DNA from: the human T2T-CHM13v2.0 reference genome, Homo sapiens
Assembly (NCBI GenBank): GCA_009914755.4
Contig: CP068257.2
Location: 42,848,001-42,912,000 of the forward strand
Length of the DNA stretch: 64,000 nucleotides
Direction of reading: 5' to 3'
Position numbers and translations under genes: made by a program
Shown: positions 15,275 through 29,750 of the stretch, one piece after another
Layout of the letters: every line of letters starts with the position of its first letter
Numbering within the stretch: position 1 is the first letter of the stretch
Notes under the pieces: model-generated
Told to the model about the DNA's origin: nothing
The model's database searches: none
Seen by the model: only the letters and a program-made list of their open reading frames with translations

Positions 15275-17160
15275 GAAGGTGAGCCCCCGGGGGGAAGCAA
15301 GGCTCTGGGAGGAGGCCGGCCTCGGTGAGCCCTTGGGGGGAAGCAAGGCTCTGGGAGGAGGCCGGCCTCGGTGAGCCCTCGGGGAAGTAAGGCGCTGGGA
15401 GGAAGCCGGCCTCGGTGAGCCCTCGGGGGGAAGCAAGGCTCTGGGAGGAAGCTGGCCTCGGTGAGCCCTCAGGGGGAAGCAAGACTCTGGGAGGAGGCCG
15501 GCCTCGGTGAGTCCTCGGGGGGAAGCAAGGCTCTGGGAGGAGGCCGGCCTCGGTGAGCCCTTGGGTGGAAGCCGGCCTTGGTGAGCCCACAGGGGGGAAG
15601 CAAGGCGCTGGGAGGAGGCCGGCCTTGGTGAGCCCACGGGGGGAAGCAGTGTGCTGGGAGGAAGCTGGCCTCGGTGAGCCCTCGGGGGGAAGCAAGGCTC
15701 TGGGAGGAGGCCGGCCTTGGTGAGCCCTCGGGGGGAAGCAAGGCTCTGGGAGGAAGCCGGCCTCGGTGAGCCCTCGGCGGGAAGCAAGGCTCTGGGAGGA
15801 GGCCGGAGTTGGTGAGCCCTCGGGGGGAAGCAAGGCTCTGGGAGGAAGCCGGCCTCGGTGAGCCCTCGGGGGGAAGAAAGGCTCTGGGAGGAGGCCGGCC
15901 TTGGTGAGCCCTTGGGGGGAAGCCGGCCTTGGTGAGCCCACAGGGGGGAAGCAATGTGCTGGGAGGAAGCTGGCCTCGGTGAGCCCTCAGGGGGAAGCAA
16001 GGCGCTGGGAGGAGGCCGGCCTTGGTGAGCCCTTGGGGGGAAGCCGGCCTTGGTGAGCCCACAGCGGGGAAGCAAGGCTCTGGGAGGAAGCCGGCCTCGG
16101 TGAGCCCTCGGCGGGAAGCAAGGCTCTGGGAGGAGGCCGGAGTTGGTGAGCCCTCGGGGGGAAGCAAGGCTCTGGGAGGAATCTGGCCTCGGTGAGCCCT
16201 CGGGGGGAAGCAAGGCGCTGGGAGGAGGCCGGCCTTGGTGAGCCCTTGGGGGGAAGCCGGCCTTGGTGAGCCCACAGGGGGGAAGCAATGTGCTGGGAGG
16301 AAGCTGGCCTCGGTGAGCCCTCGGCGGGAAGCAAGGCTCTGGGAGGAGGCCGGAGTTGGTGAGCCCTCGGCGGGGAAGCAAGGCTCTGGGAGGAAGCCGG
16401 CCTCGGTGAGCCCTCAGCAGGAAGCAAGGCTCTGGGAGGAAGTTGGCCTCGGTGAGCCCTTGGGGGGAAGCTGGCCTTGGTGAGCCCACAGTGGGGAAGC
16501 AAGGCTCTGGGAGGAAGCCGGCCTCAGTGAGCCCACAGTGGGGAAGCAAGTCTCTTGGAGGAGGCCGGCCTTGGTGAGCCCACAGTGGGGAAGCAAGACT
16601 CTGGGAGGAAGCCGGCCTCGGTGAGCCCTCGGGGGGTAGCTGGCCTCGGTGAGCCCTCAGGGGGAAGCAGGGCTCTGGGAGGAAGCCGGCCTCGGTGAGC
16701 CCTTAGGGGGAAGCAAGGCACTGGGAGGAAGCTGGCCTCGGTGAGCCCTCGGGGGAAGCAAGTCTCTTGGAGGAAGCTGGCCTCGGTGAGCCCTCGGGGG
16801 AAGCAAGGCTCTGGGAGGAAGCTGGCCTCAGTGAGCCCACAGTGGGGAAGCAAGGCTCTTGGAGGAGGCCGGCCTCGGTGAGCCCACAGTGGGGAAGCAA
16901 GGCTCTGGGAGGAGGCCGGCCTCGGTGAGCCCACAGTGGGGAAGCAAGTCTCTTGGAGGAGGCCGGCCTCGGTGAGCCCACAGTGGGGAAGCAAGTCTCT
17001 TGGAGGAGGCCGGCCTCGGTGAGCCCACAGTGGGGAAGCAAGTCTCTTGGAGGAGGCCGGCCTCGGTGAGCCCACAGTGGGGAAGCAAGTCTCTTGGAGG
17101 AGGCCGGCCTCGGTGAGCCCACAGTGGGGAAGCAAGGCTCTGGGAGGAGGCCGGCCTCGG
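15275..17160. repeat. GC-rich VNTR, ~45-bp unit, ~40 copies (~1.9 kb)
   Basis: The unit ggggggaagcaaggctctgggaggaggccggcctcggtgagccctc repeats with minor variants (ccttgg/ccacag/cacagtgg, gaagctgg/gaggccgg). It produces the periodic P/R/A-rich ORFs on both strands (14937..17285). The array ends 11 bp from the splice donor of TSPEAR exon 17172-17273. Confidence 0.9.
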
Positions 17161-17170
17161 CAGCTCATTA

Positions 17171-17296
<126 letters not shown>

Positions 17297-17438
17297 TTAG
17301 GACACAACAGACATCGCCAGGGAACTGGGGGATTGGCCAGAAGCTACCTCCAAAATTTATAGAGGAGGAGCCGGGGCCAAAGTGGGGAGTGATTTTCTCA
17401 CAGTCACATATGTGTTGGTCTATTCCAGGAAAATGTAA

Positions 17439-17804
<366 letters not shown>

Positions 17805-17946
17805 TAACATTTCCCACCTCAACCATCTTTAGGTGCACAGATCAGGGGCATTAAGCACATTCATACTGCTGTGTGGCCGCCCCCACCATCCACCTCCAGA
17901 ACGCCTTCATCCTGCAAAACCGAAGCTCTGCACCCAGTAAACATCA

Positions 17947-17978
17947 CCCCCTCCCCCCTCCCCCCCCCCCCCCCCCCC
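17947..17978. repeat. Poly-C tract (~30 nt, interrupted)
   Basis: cccctcccccctcccccccccccccccccccag. Confidence 0.8.
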
Positions 17979-20900
17979 AGCCCCGGCACCCACCACGCCA
18001 CTTTCTGTCTCTATGAATTTGACCACTCTAGGGACCTCATATGAATGGAATCGCACGGTATTTGTCCTTTGTGTCTGCCTTAGCTGAGACTCCAGTGACT
18101 CAAGGTTCATCCGTGTCGCACTGTGTGTCAGAATCGCCTTCCTTTCTAAGGCCGAGTAACGCTCCGCTGTGTGAATGGACACGTTGTGTTTGTCCATCCG
18201 CTGACAGACACTTGGGGAATTTCCTCCATGTGGCTACTGTGAATGCTGCTGCTATGAACACCGGGGTACAAAAGTCCACTTTTAAGAGGTTGAAACAATC
18301 AGAGAAAAAGTCTCAGGCTGCTGGTGCCTGCTGGAGGCAGGAGCTTGGTTTCCCGCTCTGGACACTGTGCAGAAATGGCGTCACAGTGCTGTGGCCTCTG
18401 TGCCTGGTTTCTTCTCTCAGCATTGTGTCTTCAGCTGTGAGGTCAGCGGCCGTGAGGTCACTCCAGGAGGTGCCTACAGGACCTGCAGGACCTGCTCGTT
18501 CACAGATGTTCTCCTAGAAGCAGAAGCTGTTTCTTGTTGCAAACAAATTTGCTGTGTCCTGTCTTAGGAGTCTCACCTGAATTTACCAAGGATGCATCTG
18601 TGCTTGGGGATGGCTCGGTTTGAGGGGTCTGAGGAGCGGCTCCCCTGGATCCTTTCCTCCCCAGGAGCCCACCTGCCGAGCTGTCAGCGTCAGCCCCACA
18701 TCTCAAGATGAGGAAATGGAGGTCGAAGCCATGCACACGCAGGCGTCCTGCTGACATGCAGGCCAGGCGGGTGCCTCTGTATTCAGCAGCCTCAGGGCTG
18801 TGGCCAGTTCAGGCAGCAGAGGGGCCTCATCCCGGTGCTTCCCTGCAGGCAGTTGTGGGGCCGGCCTGCAGCAGGGGCTCAGACAGGGCCTTGGGAGAGG
18901 GAGGGATCACAGAGGTGTCCAGTGACAGGCAGGGCGGGCAGAGCCCATGGGGCCTTGGGCTCCTCACTCCTTCGGTCAGTCAGGGTGACATCTGGAGCCA
19001 CCTCCATTAATGGTGGGTTATGATTTGGTTCCCATGCAGCCCGTGCCAGCTCGCTGGGAGGAGGACGAGGACGCCTGTGATCACATGCTCTGGTCTGGAG
19101 GCACGGCCGCGGGCCCCGGGTCAGTGTGAATCCGCGGGGTTACTCCTCAGTCGGATCTGAGCTCTGAAACCCAGACCCGAGGAAGACAAGCGGCCACGTC
19201 GGATGTACCAGTGGTGGAAGATCCTGTCCGGCTGCACCGAGGCTCACATCAGAAGCCGGCTTCGGTTTCACCACAAAATAAGGCATCTAGTGCCCGATTC
19301 TGCCTCCAAAGCAGCCCTGGGTCACACTCGCTGTAGGACAGATGTTATTCTTCAGAATCACGCCCTCTGGCAAATGCCCATCATCGGACAAATGGACGGA
19401 TGAAGTGTGACTCAGCCATGAGAAGGGGGATGCTCTGAGCCGCGCGGCCACACCACCAACCCGGAGGACACGGTGCTGCGAGAAAAAGCCAGGTACAGAG
19501 GCCACGGCTCTACGAGTCCATTTCTGTGCAGTGTCCAGAACGGGAAATCACAGAGACAGGAAGTGGGCCCGGGGGTGCCCAGTTGGGAGGGAGGGGCTGG
19601 AAAAGGGTGTGGGGGGCTCCTTGTGAGGGGATGAGAATGTTCCAGAGTTGTCTGCAGCCATGGCTGCACATATCTGTGGATTTAATAGAACTACTGAATC
19701 TAAAAAGCAAACACAAGCGACCATTTGAAGGCAGTCAGAGCCAAGGTTACACACAGAAGCCACAAAACCCCTCAGCGCCCTTGAATAGGGTTTTGGACTT
19801 GGTGAGGCCACATCACGTCTCCGGGAAGTGTAGGGAATTCCCCATGCTGGGTAGAAGGGCTAGGAGTTTGACTTGTGTGTGCTGTTTTGATGGTAATTAT
19901 TAAACATTACCTTAATTAATTGGTAAGTACTTTCTGTGTTTCATAATTTAGTTCATAAACTGTCCATACCACTGTCCAGTGGTGACAGGGCCATAAGTCG
20001 CGAGTGTGTAGCTGTGTTCTGTCAGTTCCCGCAGCTTTCAAATCCCGAGGCGTCTGCCTCATCTGTTTCTAGACTGGGCATCATGTCCATGACTAATTTT
20101 TAATCACAATTCATTCTCCAACTTGTCTTATTCTAAATGTTGTTCTAAAAAGCCTAATGTTTGTTTTGTTCTCGGCGTTGACATTGGATGGCGTGGATTC
20201 GTGCTGGGGACACACAACTGCCACCGCCGCCCCGTGCCTGTTTCTCCTGCCATGGCTGCCAGGCCACGCAGGGGCCACGGAGCCCACAGGCAGGTCACCC
20301 CGGAATCCCCAGTGCCCCCAGCAGACACCGCCGCTGGCTCTTTTTCTTTATTATGAGTGTTCTTTTTTTAATTTTTAAAAATCATATAAGTAAGATATTA
20401 GTAAGTTAACATTGTCATCCTTTGTAAAGCCAGGAGTTCAGAAGTAACAGGGCAAATAGGGAAAGTCCTTCCTGGCCTGTCTACATACCCCTGCAGCCCT
20501 CCCGGTCCTAGGGTGACTGCTGACGGAGAGGGCACTCCCTTCCCGAGTCTTCTCTGCACGTCCGCGGGCACGCACAGCTGAGCGGCACACAGCAGCCCGG
20601 CTCGCTCCTCCGCACTGGGGACACAAGATTTCACTGCACCTCACCCAGCCCTTTCCACAGAGCAGTTCATCTTGGAGACTCTTCCCCTCGAAGGGTCTAA
20701 AGGTATGTGTTGTTGTGTGTCTCAAGCTGAGATTAGAGCCCAGTGCCCAGGAGGGGCAGGTGAATTGTTACCGAATGAAATAGGAGTGCATGAAACCCGA
20801 GGAAACCTGGGAAAGCCGCCTGCTCCATCCCAGGATGGGAATGGGCCAGATTCCAGCTCCAAGCTTGACCCATGGCCCCTGGCTCTGGGATCTGGGTAAT

Positions 20901-21389
20901 ACGGATTCGATTGCAGGTTTATTCACAGACCGGAATTCCACCCCAGAGGACGCCCCACACTGGTCAGGATGGTTGTGGATTCTCAGTGCCCACTGTCCAA
21001 AATGTGGTGCCCACGCAACCTCCTGTGGCTCCACGGAGCGTGTCGGTCTGGAACCATCACTTTCTCGTACATACAGACCCACCCTCCATGTTCCCTGGAT
21101 CTCACATCTGTCTCAACAGGCCAGTCTCCGTGTCCTGGTGTTTGTTGTCGGGGAGGATGCAACATCGGGGGAAGGAAGTAATCATGTCTGGTGGCAGCTG
21201 GCACTGGCAGGCAGCGGGCACTCGAAGCCTGCACCTCGCACCTGTCCCTCTGGGGCCTCGGCTATCCCTCCGCACGACGGGCATGAAGCCCCCTCCTGCC
21301 TCCACTGCTCGGATGAAAGGAGGTAATGGGTGTGAAGGGGCAGAACTCCGCACACAGCACCCGGCTCTGGGAACCAAACCTGTGTCTCA

Positions 21390-21779
<390 letters not shown>

Positions 21780-21799
21780 CTAGGACCAAAGGAGAGCAG

Positions 21800-21995
21800 G
21801 TGCAGAGGTGTGGGGGAGCGGGCGCAGAGGTGTGGGGGAGCGGGCGCAGAGGTGTGGGGGAGCGGGCGCAGAGGTGTGGGGGAGGGGGCGCAGAGGTGTG
21901 GGGGAGGGGGCGCAGAGGTGTGGGTGAGCGGGCGCAGAGGTGTGGGTGAGCGGGCGCAGAGGTGTGGGAGAGCGGGCGCAGAGGTGTGAGTGAGC
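21800..21995. repeat. 23-bp minisatellite, ~8.5 copies, immediately upstream (sense strand) of the exon 21592-21779 acceptor
   Basis: gcgggcgcagaggtgtgggggag repeats with variants gggggcgcag/gtgtgggtgag. On the minus strand it reads ctcccccacacctctgcgcccgc, which is pyrimidine-rich. The array starts ~20 nt from the acceptor AG. Confidence 0.85.
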
Positions 21996-23597
21996 AGCAC
22001 TCTCCCTGGCTGTCCCCAGGGCTGCCACTTGGCAGGACGTGGGATCTTGGCACAGCCCAGTGCCCGCTGTGCTCCAGGTGCCAGACGTGGCACTCCTGCT
22101 GGCAGCCTCCTTGGCCACTTCTCCCTGAATGTTAGTGCCAGCTGTGCCCAGCCCTGCCCCTAGCGACCATCTGTGTGACTTGCTTCTCAGCAATCCATGC
22201 CTTCTCCTACTCCAGGCCCCAGTGCTGTGCGTCCTACGAGCACCACCTGCTGTCTCACCTCTTCCAGGAAGCCCACCCTGATCCCTCTAGTCCCAGCCTC
22301 AGACACTGAAGCAACATCAGGTACCTCTCGAGTTTTCTCTTACACGCTTTCCCTGGCCTTGCAGTTTGGCTGAGTCTTTCCTCTGGCTCTGTAGACAGAA
22401 GCCATCTCTGGGTTCCTGTGCTTGCCATTCCTCCATAAATCACTTACCACCGTCAAGAGGCAACAGGTCTGGGGCTGCACACGGAGGCCCAACTGCGGCA
22501 CCTCTGCCACCAACCTTGAGCTGCAGGACTGTCTGCATGTGGGGTCCACAAGGCGGAAGCTTCTGCCAGCACCTTGGGGATAAGGGTGGTGGGGCTGCAC
22601 GGGGAAGGGGAAGGCTGCTTCCCTGGGGACAGTGTCCCCACAGGCCGGGGATCCCTGCGCACGGTCCCAGGCTGTCCTAGCTGAGGACGGAGCCGGTCAT
22701 GCTGCGGGGCTGTGTCTCTTCCTGACTCACCCCCGTCCGGAGGGCCTTCTGCCTGAGGGACATTGCACCACCGGGCCAGGTAAGAAGCAGCTCTGAGAGC
22801 CTCCCGTGACAGCAACCACTGGGACGTTTTCTATTTGCCCAAATCGACCAGCAAGGGCCCGGCTCAGACGCCCCTGGGTCTGATGCGACCTGCCCTCCGC
22901 AGCAGGTCAGGCACCCTCCCTTGCTTGTATGCTCAGGACGGGGCTGCCCAGGCATCTTCTGGTCCCCCTGACTGTCCGGCGCCTGCCCGGCCGGCTCAGG
23001 TGCTGCAGGAAAGAGAAAACTCTGGGCCCAACGTCAACGTGCGTTCTCCACGCCCAGCAGGGGGCGCCGTTGCCCGCCCGAGCCCGGAGAGCCTGGGCTG
23101 CAGGGGAGGGCGCCACAGGTGAGGACACAGCTCCGTGGGCACCAGGCAAGGTCCCAAAGCAGATCCGCAGCCGGTCAGAGGAGCGCACATGGGTGAGCTT
23201 AAGCTAAGAAAGCAAGACTCACTAGGCAAGGACAGGGGCCCAGGACACCTGGCGGCGCCGAACCCTCGGCGGGGGCGGGGCCGGGGGCTGGCTGAGGCTT
23301 TCCCGGGTCAGCGCGCCCTCCCCTCCTGCAGCTCCACGAGATGTGACTATTCCTATCTGCTGGAGAACAGCCGTCCAGGGCCACCCCACGTCCTTCAAGG
23401 GGACTCTGAGACACTCTGGGCCGGTGGGACCTTCAGCAGCATCTGGACTTTGGCTGCCTCACAGGTGGGCGGGGGGGAGTGTTACACACAGGCCAGTTCA
23501 CTGACTCAGCAGAAGAGAAACAGGAATCATCAGACTGTTCAACCCTGGGCTCCTCCCACGCCTGTGCTGAGGAAACCAACTGAGTGGGCAACCCTCA

Positions 23598-24025
23598 CGT
23601 GTGTACACATGCCTGCACACACCTGCACACACAGGCCCATACCTGCACACCTGCATGTATGCATACATACACAAACATGGATGTGCACTGTGCGCACACA
23701 CACATGCACGCCTGCATGCATGCATACACACACAAACATGCATATGCACTGTGTACACACACACATATATGCTTACATTTTTACATGCACAGATGCACAT
23801 GCATGCCTGTACACATGTGGATACACATGCAGATACACAGGCCTGCTCATGTATACATACACATGTATACCTACACACACGTATGTATGCATGCAACCAT
23901 GCATCTGTGTCCATGTGCATATGTGTATACTTGCACACATGCCTGTACACAGGCAGATCCCTGCAGGCACACCCATGCATCCGCCTGCATGACATCTACA
24001 CACACACATGCACCCACACAGCACA
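23598..24025. repeat. Degenerate CA/TG-rich low-complexity tract (CACATGCA/CACACCTG variants)
   Basis: ~430 bp of acacatgcctgcacacacctgcacacacag...catgcatgcatacacacacaaacatgcatatgcac... It gives the C/H/T/M-rich ORFs on both strands. Confidence 0.8.
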
Positions 24026-27000
24026 GCTCTCCCCACATTGCTGGAAAAGACTGAGGACACACGCCTCCAGCCCTGGGCGTCCTTCCAGTGGAGCCCCTGC
24101 TTCTTAGCTACTTGCTGATGCTCACCTGTGTTGAGGCAGATCCTGATGGACTGCCGGGGCCAGAACAGCCTGAAACTCCCTCTCAGGGAAAGGCCCGGAG
24201 TGCCCGCCCTGTAGCAGCCCAGGGTGATGGGGGACCCCGAGCTGGCACTCAGCACTGTGTAGAGAGAGCTTTACTGCAAGTTGGGGCTGAGCCGGGCATC
24301 ACATCTCAGTGATGAGTGAGGTGCCCTCCCTGCCCAAAGGAGCCCTGGAACGGGCTGCTGCAGATGGGGGACCATGGAGGGGCTGCCCGGGGCCTTGGGG
24401 GCACAGAGGAAGAGGGCCCAAAGGCATGGAGGACGGACAGGGGAGTTGGCAGCAGGAAGCAGGGAAGGGTATCCAGGCAGAAGGAACTGCAGGACAGACA
24501 CACAGGACTGAGGGAGCCAGGAGGGCTGGGCGCACACAGAGTGCGGAGCAGGGGCTGGGGCGGGCCTACAGGGCCTGGGTGCTGTGGAAAGCAGCTGGGC
24601 CTCCAGGCAAAGGTCACTGGGGAGCCGGAGGAGGCTTTTGAGCAGAACGAGGAGGTCAGATGTATGTGGACGGCTCTGAGACCCACAGGAGCTAGGAAGG
24701 TGTCAGGAGAGAGGTGAGCCAAGTGCTGTGGGGGTGGGGTGGGGTGGGTGCCACTCCTAAGATGGGAAAGAAGGGTGGTGGTCTTGGAGACAGGCTTCTG
24801 GAGACCCCTCAGAGAACTCGGTACATCCCTAGGGATGGAGACAGGGGCTTTGGGAGACCACTCAGAGAACCTGGTATTTCCCTAGGCATGGGTGGCACAC
24901 GGGCTGCTGTGTGAGCCCTGGGGAGGGGCAGGTGGCAGGAGCGTAGGGTGGAGGTGGCGGTGCTCTGGCCACAGCCCTGAGGCTGGTGGAGACCCTGGGT
25001 TGGGAATGCGCGAGACGGGCAGTCTGGTCTGGTGGGACCTGTAGCACTGCAGCCTGCCTCCAGGGCAGGGATTGTGCCCACGTTTCATGGGGTGGCAGGG
25101 AGCAAACTTTGAGTTGCATCTTGGTTGGAGCCCAAGGTGGGGCGTGTATTTGTTCCAGGAAGAGCACGTGTCAGCTGTGGGGGTGGGCATGGAGGTCTGT
25201 CCAGGGCATGGCAGTGGCCGGAGTGAATGCTGTGTGGTCACCTGCCTGGGTGCTGCTACGAAGCAGAGCTCTTGCTGGAGTGCAGGGCCAGACAGGCCTG
25301 GGGGGCCGGGGGCGGCTCAGAGGCTGCTCAAGTCACCCTTCTGTTCCCTGTACCCAGCGAGGGTCTGTGCACCAGATTTAGCAAATCCAGGGTCCCTGTT
25401 CAATCTAAATTTCAGACAACGAATGATTCTTTAGTCTGTGTGTATCCCATGTAATACTTGAAACATACTTTGGCAAAAAGAAAAATTAGTTTATCTGCAA
25501 CTGGCTGGAGGCTGGCAGAACCCCCACGGGGTGTCACCGGCTCCTGGTCCCAGCATTTAGCTGGCCGAGTCCACGGTAGGGCGGTCATTGTCATTGGCTA
25601 TTGACAGCCCCTCCTCCCTATGCCAGGCTGTCAGAAGCCCCTTGCAGGTTGGAGTGAACCTGTCCCTCTGCTGAAGCCGGGGCCTTCTCACATTCAGAAG
25701 TGAGGAGGTGCCCCCCAGGGGCTGTGCCAACCCAGGCAGAGGGTGTGCAGTGTGGGACCCCCCTGTCAGGCCACTCCCAGATTTTAAGCACATTAGGGAC
25801 TCATAGAGGAGAGAGAAAGAATCTTCACATCAAAGGCCCTGCCAAACCCTGGCTGGCACGGGAGCCAAGCGACCAGGCACCTGCTGGGCTGGGCAGGCCC
25901 TTCCCGCCCTCCCTCCAATGGAATTCCCCAGAGCCTGGCCCTGCTGCCCTGGCACGGTGCCTGGCAGCTCAGGAGCATCTTGCTGGGATGATGGTGCTTC
26001 CGGGACTTGGCAGCCAGGAGCACCTGGAGCCCCCAACAGCTCCCTCGAGGGCGGGTGGGCACCCGGTAATCAGTGGATTAGTTGCTGGGCAAAGAGGCCC
26101 TTGGGTTCCGGCTTTGATAGGGCAAAGAAAGAGGATGCCTCTGTGGTCTGGGAATGCCAGGGGAGGGGAGGGAGGCAGGATGCACCCCTGGGGCTCCCTC
26201 CCTAGCCACCAGAAGGCAGTTCCCCAACAAGCCCTGGTTGGGGGGGCAGTGGCATCCTCTCTGAGGGTAGCCAGCTCAGGCTGGACAAGCATCCCGGGTG
26301 GCCATGGGGGCAGCGCTACTGGATGACAGGTGACTCCCTTGAGAGAACTGGGCTCAGCACACTCCCCAGCCAACTCTTGGGTGCCCCCCGTGCTCTTCCC
26401 GGCCCTGCAGAACCCGCAAGCCTGGCACCTTCCCCAAGCTGCCTAGGCCACTGCCAGCTCCTGTGTCAGAGAAGACAGAAGTCATGGGGCATAGCTGCCA
26501 CCTTCCTGGAGCCCTCCCGCCCAGGCTCTGCCCAGCCCCTTCAGGCTGTCCTGGGCAGTGCTGACCCCTCATGCCACCCCCTTGACAGATGTGCAGATGG
26601 AGACTCAGACACAGCCAGGCCTCATGAGGGTGCTTAGGGGCTCCTGCCTGTTTTTCTAAGCACCACATGGCTGCCTGCCGGGCACCTGTCCCCAGAGTGG
26701 CCCCCACTGCATCCTTGCCTACAGCACCTCTTGCCCTTCCATGGCCATGGAAGCGAGTACACACACGTGTGCATGAGTGTGCATGTACATGTGTGTTGAG
26801 CCATGGGCGGGACCCTTGGGAAGTGTGTGGCACCAAGTCGGGGGCCCAGCTGTGACGAGGGGTCCTTACTAACATGGTGGCTGCTGCTGGCCTTGTGAGG
26901 ACCCCACATGCCGACAGCTGCAATCACAGAAGCACCAAGCTTTGGAAGCTGCAACACCTTCTGAGGTCTGCAGCAAACTCACTTAGAAGCCAAACCTATT

Positions 27001-29750
27001 TTGGAGTCCACATTTGGTGACCGCGACTGCACGGCCTACTCCTCGTCAGCTCAGGGAGCAGGACCCTGTGCCTAGACTTCTAGGGACAGAGCTCACTCCT
27101 CCTTTGGTCCAAGCTGGGGAGGCCCAGTCATTGGAGGCCTGGTGTCTCCAACCTGGAAGAAAGTTGTTCTAGAATTCCTGGTGGGATGGGCAGAAAGACT
27201 TTGAGGGCAGGCGGAAGAATGGGACATCAAACCACCTTCCCCAGGGTGGGCAGCCAGCTCCTCACTCATATCTGCCCTGGGGCTGCAAAGTCCTGCCATG
27301 CCCACCGACCATTCCCTTGGAGCACTGTACTTAACCTGCAGTGCCCTGGGAATGCGCCCACCCTGTGTTTCTGGGAGAAAGTGAGGTCTGTGTGCACAGC
27401 TCCTCAAACCCCACCTGCACCCCACACCCCCGCAGACCCCTCCAGAAAGGGCGCCTCTCTATGGCACACACCCACTTTCAAAGCATCTCGGCTTCACCCG
27501 CTTCAAAGCTCACGTTCATGAAAGACATTGCAAAACTCAAACCAAACAGTAAACAAATTAAGACATCTCTAGGACCTAAAAGGATTTCAACACAATGTGA
27601 GAAATGTTGGCAAAACATGAAAGTGGGCTTTGTGAGTTTTGAGGAATTACTGAGTTTTGAAAGATGAGGCTCAGGCCAGGTGGAGAGGAAGCCCGTCCAT
27701 GTGTGCGTGGTCCCAGCGCCTTCCCAGGGCCCTCCTAAGGCACCTTCAGGGCCTGGGCCATGATGGCGCCCCCAGCAGCCAGGTCCCCGTTCCCGGAGTT
27801 CTGGTTCTGCTTTGGGAGCTGCAGCCGTGCTTCCTTCTGTCTGCTGTGGTCCTGCTCTAGCCCCTGCTCTTCTCTGATGTTTCTTTCAGGCGGATGTCAC
27901 CCACCCCTTGGGACTTCGCCATGGGTCGCTAGCCCAGACCCTCCCCTTGGTTCCGGTGGTTCCATTTCTGCCCCTTTGCTGCTGGCCCCCTTCTGAGGAT
28001 GCCCGTGCATCTCCAGGACCACTGCTCCAGTCCTTGGTGTAGATCAAAGCTGGCCTTCACACGCGGCCTGAAAATGTAGAGTGGCCGCCTTCTGGGCTGG
28101 GCTGCCACCTCCACCACATCACCCGTGACAGAAGCCCCGTGTTTTTCGGTAACCACGTTCCACGAACACCTCCCGACTGCCTTCCAGAACACACAAAGAT
28201 CAACGAAGCTCAGAATCCAGTCCCGACGTCATTTCATGAAGAGCAGGTAGTCCATCAAAGGGATGGGCCCCATGAGTGAAGGGCTGAGACCCCACCATGG
28301 TGTGAGGCGTCCCAGGCACTCCCGTCACGGCCCAAACCAGGCTGCAGGCTCCATCCCCATGGGGCAGGCACAGAGGAGGCGATTCATGTGGACACAGGGA
28401 CACCTGTGGACGCCCTGGCTCGGCCGCTTACCGCCGTGTGTTTGTGGCCAGGTCCCTGCTCCTGAGCCTCAGTTTCCACACCTGTGAGATGGGTCTGAGG
28501 TGGAATCGCCAACCAGCTGAGGATGCGCAGCCACAGACCACCTTCCAGAAATCTCCAAAAGGCTTTCCAAAACAGGAAAACAAGGAAGGCTGCCATCAGC
28601 AGGAATTCCAGGGCTTTCAGAATGAGGCTGTCAGGAGTGAAGGGAGCTGTGCTCCACATGCAGGGCAGTGGCCAGGGCTGCCAGGCCTTGTTTATCTGGG
28701 AGCGCCAGGCTGCCTGCCTGCACCTGGTCTGGGCACCTGAAGGCAGAGCTGCTCCTGCTTAGGGTCTGTGGCAACTGTCCTCCTCAGTGGGTGCTGCTGG
28801 GAGCTCCTCTGATTCCTGGTGGGCGGCTTCTGGCCTCGCCTCTTCACCCACGGTGTAGGGTGTGGGATGGAGATGCAGGGCCTCTGCTCTCCTTCTCCCC
28901 TCCCCCAAGCAGCCTGGGTTGTACCTCCACTAATAAACACCAACACCCGCGCCCAGGGTGGGTTCGGCCACGGGGCGATTCTCTGAGTGACACATCAGGA
29001 TCAGCTTCGTGTGGTCCTGACCTTACGGTAATGTCAGCCCCCAGAGCCAGGGGCCGGGCTATGGCACCACCCACCCAGGCGATTTCTATGTCGGGATGAC
29101 CAACTGTGCCATCCCTGGGGCAGTCCCCCATGCCAGGCAAACATTCTCCTTTCATGCTTAAAATCACAGGACGGGTTCACCTGCTTCGTCCTTGGACCTG
29201 TGATCTATGTACGCTGCTTTTCAACAAGTTTCTAGTTGTCCCCTCCTGGGTATGGCCCTCCCCTCCTTCCTTCCCAGAGGAAGAAAACACACCAGCTCTG
29301 CATGCGAGAACGCTCCCAGCTCTCCCATCTTCCCATCGCAGGAGCCCCTCGCTCCTGCACCCTGGGGCTTTCGGTCCTGTCCCACCTCAGCGGCTGCTGC
29401 ACAGGAAGGCCGTCCTGGCCTGGCCCCTGTGTCTCTGCCTTCCTCGACTCCTGCAGTCTGTGCTTCTGTCACTCCTTCAGCACGCCATCCCTGGACACAC
29501 TTTGTGCTCCGTGGACTCCACAGCCCCCAAACCCCCTCTTATGCCCTCCCTGACCCCAGACCATCTGGGCTGGCTTCTCTCTAGGACACATACCAGTTCT
29601 CATTCCAGAACTTTCCTTATGGTCATCTTTGGGTGGAGCCACCACTTCCAGTTCTGATCTTCTCATTCTGGTTGAGTACCTGGGCTTGCCAGTGCACCCC
29701 CCAGGAACACCGCCTAGTCCAGGGCTCCCACAGGTCTCAGACTGACAGGA

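Noticed and set aside
23135-24255. ORFs rich in C/H/T/M/Y (e.g. 285 aa at 23135..23992).
   Set aside because: They are translations of the CA/TG-rich CACATGCA low-complexity tract on both strands.
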